A model generated the notes under the pieces. The model was given only the letters and a program-made list of their open reading frames with translations. It had not been told where the DNA came from and ran no database searches. Of a stretch of 32,000 bases of DNA, positions 17,457 to 25,637 are shown piece by piece (the stretch's first letter is position 1; each line of letters opens with the position of its first letter). This DNA is from Telmatocola sphagniphila (GTDB lineage: Bacteria; Planctomycetota; Planctomycetia; Gemmatales; Gemmataceae), in assembly GCF_018398935.1 (NCBI RefSeq), contig NZ_CP074694.1:1680001-1712000 (forward strand), in the 5' to 3' direction. The translations under genes and the position numbers were made by a program.

Positions 17457-17490
17457 TGGTTCTTCACACAGGATCGCACAAAGAGAGCGA

Positions 17491-18804
17491 TTATCCCAAC
17501 CCTCCTCCCCCCGGACGAAGGAATCTCAGCATCTGTGCCGCGCCCGCCAGAACGAACATCCCCAGGAACAACAAAATCCACATCTTGATGGCCGCGACCT
17601 GGAAAAGCACGGTGACTATCGAGTGATCGAAAGCCTTGGCGGGTGCCTGGGCGCGACGAGTTTTCGAATACATCATCACCTCGGCTTCCGACGGTTCTTT
17701 TCTTTTAGAAACTACCGACTTCACCGGTTCAATAATCTCGGGAGTCGGCTCCACATCGCTTAACTGCAGGCCGAGTTCCTCGGCCTCCTCAGCCGTGAGA
17801 TCGACTTTTCGTTTTCTCACCGGTAATTCCAGGGGAACATCGTCATTCCAGGGGGTTGGCTCTTTGAGGATTTCCCCTTTCACCCTTTTATCGCCTTTGG
17901 TCTTCTCTCGCACCGGTTCCTCTTCCGGAATCGCGGGTAGTTCACCGTCCCAGTCGCTCAGTTCAGTACCATAATTGCTCTTCCAATACTTGGGCTCGCT
18001 GGGAGGTTTGTTCTCGGGAGGTGACACCGGTTTCACCGTCTCCCAAGTAACATCGTAACCCACCACTGGGCCATCGATAGCCCCCGTCAACGGCGTCATC
18101 TGGCTCGGCTGTATAAAAGGAGGAGCCTCCTGCGGTACTTCGGGTTCAACTTTCTTCTTCTTTTTTTTCTTCCTCCTCTTTCCCGAATATTCGATCTCCC
18201 GCAATTCGATTCGGTCGTCTAAAACCTCATAACCCTTGGTGAAGGTGAGTAAAAAGCCGTAGCGGCCAGCCAGGCGTGCATAAACTATCCAACCTGCGGC
18301 CGCGAGGGCGGAAATTGGTAGGATCCTTGCGATGCCCGCGTCACGACCCACTCCGAACACCAGCCAACTGAAGAAGGCCGCCAGCGGCACCGCACCGAGA
18401 ATATAGAAAGCGATCAACGAAAAAAACTTCTGCGGTAAGCGGCTGAGTAAATCCAGCGAGATTGGCATCCAGGGAGATCGGCCGGTTAAGGAGGATAAAA
18501 TTCCGATGGGGAAGAGAAGCCAGAAAAGTAACAGCCCTTCAACGAGTTTCGGAACCGACTCGGTTTTTATAGCCAGCATCGCCAGGATCACACCCGGTAA
18601 ACCCCAGGTGAAAACCATAAGCGCGAGCCAGAAAATCTTCCAGAAATAATCGGCGATGGCTTCGGAACGCCAGGTAATCTGTGACGCCCCGGCGGCGGTA
18701 TCTTCGAAAACGATCAGAAAACAATGAGCCAGCATGATGCTAAATGCGAAGCCCCATATCCAGACGAAGGCCAGAGTGGGGACAAATAGGAATGCTTCAG
18801 CCAT
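17491..18804 (-). CDS. Hypothetical polytopic membrane protein with a Lys/Glu/Pro-rich disordered linker
   Basis: 437-aa ORF starting 12 nt after the phhA stop. It has about five N-terminal hydrophobic helices and a ~200-aa low-complexity region that includes KRRKKKKKKK. A C-terminal hydrophobic helix and a PGGGGLG tail follow. No family was recognised. Confidence 0.75.
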   Translation of the reverse strand: MAEAFLFVPTLAFVWIWGFAFSIMLAHCFLIVFEDTAAGASQITWRSEAIADYFWKIFWLALMVFTWGLPGVILAMLAIKTESVPKLVEGLLLFWLLFPIGILSSLTGRSPWMPISLDLLSRLPQKFFSLIAFYILGAVPLAAFFSWLVFGVGRDAGIARILPISALAAAGWIVYARLAGRYGFLLTFTKGYEVLDDRIELREIEYSGKRRKKKKKKKVEPEVPQEAPPFIQPSQMTPLTGAIDGPVVGYDVTWETVKPVSPPENKPPSEPKYWKSNYGTELSDWDGELPAIPEEEPVREKTKGDKRVKGEILKEPTPWNDDVPLELPVRKRKVDLTAEEAEELGLQLSDVEPTPEIIEPVKSVVSKRKEPSEAEVMMYSKTRRAQAPAKAFDHSIVTVLFQVAAIKMWILLFLGMFVLAGAAQMLRFLRPGGGGLG

Positions 18805-18816
18805 GACCTTTTTCTA

Positions 18817-19701
18817 CTAAACGGGGATGTTGAATCGCTTCACCAGTTTTTCGATTTCCTGCCGCAGGAATCGGAAGGAAGGAATAACAAACAATTTATC
18901 CTGCATGCGCGAGGGATCGTAGTCGGTTTCGATCACTTCGTCCGTGACAAAAGGTCTATGAATCACGTCTTTCGAAAGCGAAAATGGAATCTCGCCGGTG
19001 GAGGATAAGATTCCTGCGCCGAACACCTTGACCTCCCCCTGCTCTTCAATCAGACCAAATTCCACGGAGAACCAGCTAAAGCGTTTCAGAGCCAGTACCT
19101 GATCGCCTTCCATCGTCGTCGAAGCCGCCAGGCCGATCAGAGTCAGCAGCTCGGCATAATCCTGATTCATCAGCGGCGGCACGTGCCCCAGGCAATCGTG
19201 AATCATGTCGGGTTCCGGGGTGAACTCCGGGTGCGAACCATGCCGGATGAATTGAGTTACTGGAAAGCCGCGCTGACCGATGTACTTGTAAAAGGTGCGA
19301 TAGGGAATCGGTCCCTCGGCCGGTACCAGATGCATTCTCGTGACCCGATCGACCTGCTCACTCAAGAGCCGTAATTGGGGGATTTCCTTATCGGATATTC
19401 CGAGCTGCCTTTTGGCTTTCAGGTAGATTTCACTGGCGTGTTGAATGTGCAGTTCATCGAGCTTGGGACTAACCTCCTGCCAGATGCGGGTTTCTTCCTC
19501 GTTATACTCGATGATCGGTGGACCCAGATTTTCCAGCCGGTGCTTCCGGCAGAGCTGAAAGAGTTGTTTCCGACGTTCGATGTAGGCGGCATCTCCCAAT
19601 CCCGGATGACCCGCCTCCAGCTCCAATTCCGTTGCATCTGCAGGAACGATCATGGAATTTGGGTCGAGTGGAACGCCATATTCAATCAGAGGTGGTTTCA
19701 T
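18817..19701 (-). CDS. phhA: Phenylalanine 4-monooxygenase (aromatic amino acid hydroxylase)
   Basis: Biopterin-dependent hydroxylase core: PEPDMIHDCLGHVPPL (the Hx4H iron ligands), FSWFSVEFGLIE (the Glu ligand region) and FGAGILSSTGE. At 294 aa it has the size of bacterial PhhA. Confidence 0.9.
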   Translation of the reverse strand: MKPPLIEYGVPLDPNSMIVPADATELELEAGHPGLGDAAYIERRKQLFQLCRKHRLENLGPPIIEYNEEETRIWQEVSPKLDELHIQHASEIYLKAKRQLGISDKEIPQLRLLSEQVDRVTRMHLVPAEGPIPYRTFYKYIGQRGFPVTQFIRHGSHPEFTPEPDMIHDCLGHVPPLMNQDYAELLTLIGLAASTTMEGDQVLALKRFSWFSVEFGLIEEQGEVKVFGAGILSSTGEIPFSLSKDVIHRPFVTDEVIETDYDPSRMQDKLFVIPSFRFLRQEIEKLVKRFNIPV

Positions 19702-19772
19702 GGCTATGTTCCCAAGGATCGCTTAAGAAATTGCTTATACTCTATTTTATCATCGAAGTGAATCGCAAAGTG

Positions 19773-19807
19773 ATTCCCCGCAAAACTTGCGAGGGAATTT
19801 TTTCTTT
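19773..19807 (+). terminator. Intrinsic-terminator-like hairpin whose U-tract is on the plus strand
   Basis: 11-bp stem ATTCCCCGCAA / TTGCG(A)GGGAAT with one bulged A and a 3-nt loop, followed on the plus strand by TTTTTCTTT. On the minus strand, where thiC and phhA lie, it is preceded by an A-tract and has no U-tract after it. Confidence 0.45.
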
Positions 19808-19834
19808 ATCTTAATCGGGCGAGTCGCCGAGTCA

Positions 19835-21196
<1,362 letters not shown>

Positions 21197-21230
21197 CTAA
21201 TCGAAGTGGAAAGAATCGCGAAAAATGCGA

Positions 21231-21306
21231 CGCTTCCCCACGCCGGTATTAGCCGGATCGGGTACTTAGGGTTTGCTCTCAGCCCAAAAAAAGGGCACCC
21301 CTAGCG
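21231..21306 (-). promoter_or_regulatory. TPP (THI-box) riboswitch aptamer controlling thiC
   Basis: The minus strand reads CGCUAGGGGUGCCC-U7-GGGCUGAGAGCAAACCCUAAGUACCCGAUCCGGCUAAUACCGGCGUGGGGAAGCG. This matches the conserved GGGGUGC, CUGAGA, ACCC, GAUC and UAAUACC..GCG..GGGA blocks, and P1 is closed by CGCU/AGCG. The thiC ATG is 56 nt downstream of the aptamer. Confidence 0.9.
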
Positions 21307-21314
21307 TTATCAAC

Positions 21315-21342
21315 ATCATAGCCGAGTTCAGGTTGCGGACAA
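21315..21342 (-). promoter_or_regulatory. Candidate sigma70-type promoter for the thiC riboswitch transcript
   Basis: The minus strand reads TTGTCC - 16 nt - TATGAT, ending 8 nt upstream of the riboswitch P1 stem. This is pattern matching only. Confidence 0.35.
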
Positions 21343-21443
21343 GGTTCGAACCGGTTTGGAGCGGAAGTCTCGCACAGGAATTTCGCCGGGGGAGTATGGC
21401 ATTGAAGGTGAACGTGAGGAGATTTTGTAATGCCTTCCAGGGA

Positions 21444-21498
21444 AAGGTCATCAGATCATCAAATTTCCTATAGTGGAAATTGGCATTTTGATGACCTT
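21444..21498. repeat. Nested imperfect palindrome in the divergent intergenic region
   Basis: The outer 10-bp inverted repeat AAGGTCATCA (21444-21453) / TGATGACCTT (21489-21498) encloses an inner 7-bp inverted repeat AATTTCC (21462-21468) / GGAAATT (21475-21481). The inner repeat is centred on TATAGT. Confidence 0.5.
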
Positions 21499-21693
21499 AG
21501 TCTATTTCTCGGGAGTTTTTGATCTTTCGGTGGATGAGACGCCGACCAAAAAATCAGACTCAAGACTATTTGATTATACCCGATTTTTGACCGGGGCGAT
21601 AACTGGTTGTGGTGTTGGGAAAAGAGGTTTTTTCGCGAGGAAAATCAGCGATTTTAGTTCAATCCCTTCCAGTTCGATGATTACAATACTCCG

Positions 21694-22596
21694 ATGCAAG
21701 AACCTGTGGCCTGTATAAATGATCGCTGGCTGCCGATTTCGGAAGCCTCGCTCTCGCTATTCGACGCCGGCTTTGTTTTCGGCGCAACTCTCGTCGAAAC
21801 GCAGCGAACCTTTCAGCAACAATTGCGATTTTTGAGTTACCATCTGGATCGCTTCTATCGCAATGCCAAACTCACGGGCATCGAACCTCTGCCGGAGCGA
21901 AAGCATCTTCAAAGCGTGCTGGAAGAGTTAGTCGAACAGAACGCTCTCCAATTGAAATCGGGCGAAGAGTTGGCGGTCTATCTCTTTATCACTCCGGGCG
22001 ACACCCGAGAAAGATCAGCTGCACCCACCTGGGGGGTGTATTCGAATCGATTCCGCTTCGAACGCTACCGTCCCTATTTTCAACACGGAGCCGATCTTGA
22101 GATTCCGGAAGTCTCCCCCGTACCTGCGGGTGTTATTTCCCCTCAGATCAAGCACCGCAGTCGCTTTCACTGGTGGCTGGCCGAACGCGAAGTGCGAAAA
22201 TCCGCTCCAGTGGGTGAGTCCCCGCTGCCCTTGCTGACTGACGAGAACGGTCACGTCTATGACACTCCGATTGCGACTTTCGGCTACGTTCGCAATCTGA
22301 CGATCCACTTTCCGAAATCGGAAAAGATCCTCGACAGCATCGGGCTGAAAATCACCAAAGAAATGATCGTCGGGCAGAAAATTCGATTCGTCGAAGAAGA
22401 CATTCACCTCTCGACTCTTCTCGAAGATGTGGATGAAGCGTTTCTAACTGGTTCCTCAATTGGGGTTTGCGCGGTACGCTCGATTTCCAAGACTCTCATT
22501 CCCAAGAACCCCGGCCCGACAACTAAACAATTGCAGAAGGATTGGACTAAGTTACTAGGTTACGATTTTTCCCAAGACTATTTCAGAGGAATGTAG
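21694..22596 (+). CDS. Aminotransferase class IV family protein (BCAT / D-amino-acid aminotransferase / ADC-lyase-like)
   Basis: 300 aa. N-terminal INDRWLPISEASLSLFDAGFVFGATLVETQRTF is typical of fold-type IV PLP enzymes. The candidate PLP lysine is in PQIKHRSRF, and the C-terminal motif is FLTGSSIGVCAV. The specific activity cannot be assigned by eye. Confidence 0.85.
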   Translation: MQEPVACINDRWLPISEASLSLFDAGFVFGATLVETQRTFQQQLRFLSYHLDRFYRNAKLTGIEPLPERKHLQSVLEELVEQNALQLKSGEELAVYLFITPGDTRERSAAPTWGVYSNRFRFERYRPYFQHGADLEIPEVSPVPAGVISPQIKHRSRFHWWLAEREVRKSAPVGESPLPLLTDENGHVYDTPIATFGYVRNLTIHFPKSEKILDSIGLKITKEMIVGQKIRFVEEDIHLSTLLEDVDEAFLTGSSIGVCAVRSISKTLIPKNPGPTTKQLQKDWTKLLGYDFSQDYFRGM

Positions 22597-22712
22597 ACTG
22601 TGGACCTAAAAACACCTAATCTTCTGGTACATTGATACTTGTGTCGGCCTCGCTTGGCGGCGCCGCCTTGATTTATGTCCTTCACTCTCCAATTAAGGAC
22701 AACGGACAACTC

Positions 22713-25553
22713 ATGAGTTTAACCGACAATTTTATGCGTCGATTCCGCTCGCTCCCACTCTACCACTTGGCCTTTCTATGTGTGATTTTGCTGCTGATGG
22801 GCGCAGCTCCGGAAACGACTCAATCGAGTGGCGAAACCAACTCGAGTTGGCAGCCCTTTTCCTTCCTGACTGACTCCGTGCATTTCGGGCTGTTCGATAA
22901 GCTCGGCCTGTTATTCGTTTTCATCGTCTCCATTCTGTCGCTGGTTTATGCCTTCGTTCTGTCGAAACAGGTTTTCGCCGCCGATCAGGGAACCCTGCAG
23001 ATGCAGGAGATCGCCAAGGCGGTCAGCGATGGCTCCAAGGCTTATCTCCAGCGTCAGTTTCGAGTCGTTTTCAGCTTGGTATTTGTGCTGACCGGAGTGC
23101 TGATCCTGGCCAAGTGGCCATTTGTCCCGGTCGCGGGTGAACCCATCGAGGAACAACGATTTATTGCCATCAGTCGGGGAATCGCGTTCTTTGTGGGGGC
23201 CACTTTCTCGGCGATGGTCGGTTTCTTCGGTATGAAACTGGCCACTACTGGAAATCTGCGGGTAGCTCAGGCCGCTCGCAAAGGATTTTCTCCGGCCATG
23301 AAACTGGGCTACCAGACGGGCACCGTGACGGGAATGATGACCACCGGCCTCGGCCTGCTGGGGGGATCGGTAATTGTTCTCGTCGTGGGAGAAAAAGCCT
23401 ATCAGACGCTCTTAGGCTTCGCCTTCGGTGGTTCCTTACTCGCTTTATTCATGCGTGTTGGCGGGGGAATTTACACGAAAGCTGCCGATGTGGGAGCCGA
23501 TCTGGTAGGAAAAATTGAAGCGAATATCCCGGAAGACGATCCGAGAAACGCCGCGACTATTGCAGACAACGTCGGCGACAACGTCGGCGATTGTGCCGGG
23601 ATGGCCGCGGACGTTTTTGAAAGCTACACGGTCACCATGGTCGCCGCGATGATTCTGGGTTACGCGGCGATCGGGCCCAAGGCCATGCTGCTGCCGATGC
23701 TGCTTCTGGCGATTGGTGTACTGGCGAGCATGATCAGCACTTCCATCGTCGGTAAGAAGGAGCCTTCCAAAGGCTCCACTGGGGCTATGCAGGCCATCAA
23801 TATGAGCTTCCGGCTCGGGGCGGTGCTTAGCGTGATCGGTTTCGTAGCCGTCGGTTCGGCTTTTTTGCGATTTGACGAACAGTATGTGATCGGACAGGCG
23901 CTGGAACGTGGTATAGCCCTGCAGGAGGGTGTGAAACCCAAACTGCAGATCAGCTTGAGCGATCCCAACGCGAAGTTGCCGCTGAGCAACGAAGCTATGA
24001 AAGACGGCCATCACCTCAATCAGATCTGGAGCAGCCTATCGCCCGTGGAGCAGGAGAATCTCGCTCAAGCCAACGTGCTTTACGATGATCCGTCCAAGAA
24101 CAAAGGCGATAAAGATTTGCAAAAATCGGGCTCGCTGCTGGAAGCCGCCCGAGCACTAGTGCCTGTAAAAATCGGCTGGGATATGCGTCCGATCTGGGCC
24201 GCCCTGATCGGTATCGTTTTGACTTTGGCTCTGATGCGTTGCACGGAATATTGGACCAGCACCGACTACAGTCCGGTCGGTTCCATAGTGAAAAGCTCGC
24301 GCACGGGTCACGCCACGAATATTATTCAGGGGATTGCGGTCGGCTATGAAAGTACTGTCTGGGCGGTGATTCTCATCGCCAGTGCCATCTACGCGGCCGT
24401 GTTTATTTATCAGGATACCCATAGTCCGATCTTCATCGCCTTCGGGGTTTCCCTGTGCGGGATCGGCATGCTGGCTCTAACCGGCGACACTTTGAGCATG
24501 GACGTCTTCGGTCCGGTTTCCGACAATGCCAACGGCATCGGTGAAATGGGATTCAATCGCGATTCCCAGAACAAGCCTCTGACGCCTACCGATCCCGATT
24601 ACATCCCCGAAGCGGAATACATCAAAGCTCGACAAATTCTTACCGATCTCGATGCCACGGGAAATACTACCAAGGCGATTACCAAGGGCATTGCTATCGG
24701 TTCCGCGGTTATCGCCGCTGTTTCACTGTTCGCCAGTTTTATTGCAGTGCTGGTGAAGGGGTCTGAGGAGGCGATCAACGAATTGACCACTGCGGATTTC
24801 ATGGCTAAGCAAGGTCGCCTTTCCGTGGCCTCGCCGGAAGTATTCATCGGCATGCTGATTGGCGGTTGCGTCCCTTTCCTATTCAGCAGCATGACCATTC
24901 GAGCAGTCGGCCGGGCGGCTTATCTGATCGTCAACGAGTGCCGCCGTCAGTTCAAGGACCAGGAAATTTGGAGTGGGCATAAGCGACCCGACTACGGTCG
25001 AGTAGTCGATATCTGCACCGGGACGGCCCAGCGCGAACTGATAGGCCCTGGCCTTCTGGCCATTTGCACTCCTCTTTTCGTGGGCTTCCTCCTCGGGCCA
25101 TTTGCGTTAGGCGGTTTCCTCGCGGGCATGATCGTAGTGGGTCAGCTGCTTGGCGTTTTCATGACCACTTCCGGGGGAGCCTGGGACAATGCCAAGAAAA
25201 TGATCGAAGATCAACCTCGCACCGATATTTCCGGGAAGGGTTCTGAACTTCACAAGGCGAGCGTCACCGGTGATACGGTGGGCGATCCTCTTAAGGATAC
25301 CGCGGGACCGGCCATTAACCCGCTGATTAAAGTCATGAACATGGTGAGCCTTCTGATTCTGCCCCTGGTCATGCTTTACAATGTGAAGGATGGAACCAGC
25401 AAGGATGTCGCGACCGGCTGGATTGTCATTGGTGTCGCGTTATTGGCCATTTCCTGGGCCTGGTGGCAATCGAAACGGGACACGGAGGAGATGCGGGAGA
25501 TGGATGCCGACCACGAACGAGAACTCGCCTCCAAACTGACCTCTGCGAAATAA
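22713..25553 (+). CDS. hppA: Membrane-bound proton-translocating pyrophosphatase, K+-independent signature
   Basis: Diagnostic blocks GGGIYTKAADVGADLVGK, DNVGDNVGDCAGMAADVFESY, GPVSDNANGIGEM, GGAWDNAKK and GDTVGDPLKD. GNTTKAITKG carries the Lys/Thr pair associated with K+-independent enzymes. The ORF is open from TTG 22632, with alternative ATG starts at 22713 and 22734. Confidence 0.93.
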   Translation: MSLTDNFMRRFRSLPLYHLAFLCVILLLMGAAPETTQSSGETNSSWQPFSFLTDSVHFGLFDKLGLLFVFIVSILSLVYAFVLSKQVFAADQGTLQMQEIAKAVSDGSKAYLQRQFRVVFSLVFVLTGVLILAKWPFVPVAGEPIEEQRFIAISRGIAFFVGATFSAMVGFFGMKLATTGNLRVAQAARKGFSPAMKLGYQTGTVTGMMTTGLGLLGGSVIVLVVGEKAYQTLLGFAFGGSLLALFMRVGGGIYTKAADVGADLVGKIEANIPEDDPRNAATIADNVGDNVGDCAGMAADVFESYTVTMVAAMILGYAAIGPKAMLLPMLLLAIGVLASMISTSIVGKKEPSKGSTGAMQAINMSFRLGAVLSVIGFVAVGSAFLRFDEQYVIGQALERGIALQEGVKPKLQISLSDPNAKLPLSNEAMKDGHHLNQIWSSLSPVEQENLAQANVLYDDPSKNKGDKDLQKSGSLLEAARALVPVKIGWDMRPIWAALIGIVLTLALMRCTEYWTSTDYSPVGSIVKSSRTGHATNIIQGIAVGYESTVWAVILIASAIYAAVFIYQDTHSPIFIAFGVSLCGIGMLALTGDTLSMDVFGPVSDNANGIGEMGFNRDSQNKPLTPTDPDYIPEAEYIKARQILTDLDATGNTTKAITKGIAIGSAVIAAVSLFASFIAVLVKGSEEAINELTTADFMAKQGRLSVASPEVFIGMLIGGCVPFLFSSMTIRAVGRAAYLIVNECRRQFKDQEIWSGHKRPDYGRVVDICTGTAQRELIGPGLLAICTPLFVGFLLGPFALGGFLAGMIVVGQLLGVFMTTSGGAWDNAKKMIEDQPRTDISGKGSELHKASVTGDTVGDPLKDTAGPAINPLIKVMNMVSLLILPLVMLYNVKDGTSKDVATGWIVIGVALLAISWAWWQSKRDTEEMREMDADHERELASKLTSAK

Positions 25554-25637
25554 CTTTCAGGAGGATGGCATTGACCATCCAAGTCGCTAAAGTTTTCTTC
25601 GGGGCGATCACTCCCGCATCGCCGGACGGAATCTCCG

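Noticed and set aside
17343-17490. tRNA-Phe as a possible genomic-island integration site
   Set aside because: No integrase, recombinase or phage gene lies on either side; queG and a membrane protein flank it. I spotted no direct repeat of the tRNA 3' half elsewhere in the window, although I could not run an exhaustive repeat search.
21337-21356. GGTTCGAACC, resembling a tRNA T-arm, in the thiC upstream region
   Set aside because: It is just a TTCGAA-centred palindrome. The flanks do not form a T-stem, acceptor stem or any other tRNA arm.
21473-21718. 81-aa ORF filling the thiC/aminotransferase intergenic region
   Set aside because: It has no ribosome-binding site, an AT-rich non-coding composition and an implausible sequence. 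It also runs into the aminotransferase start in another frame. The region is better explained as promoter and leader DNA containing the palindrome reported above.
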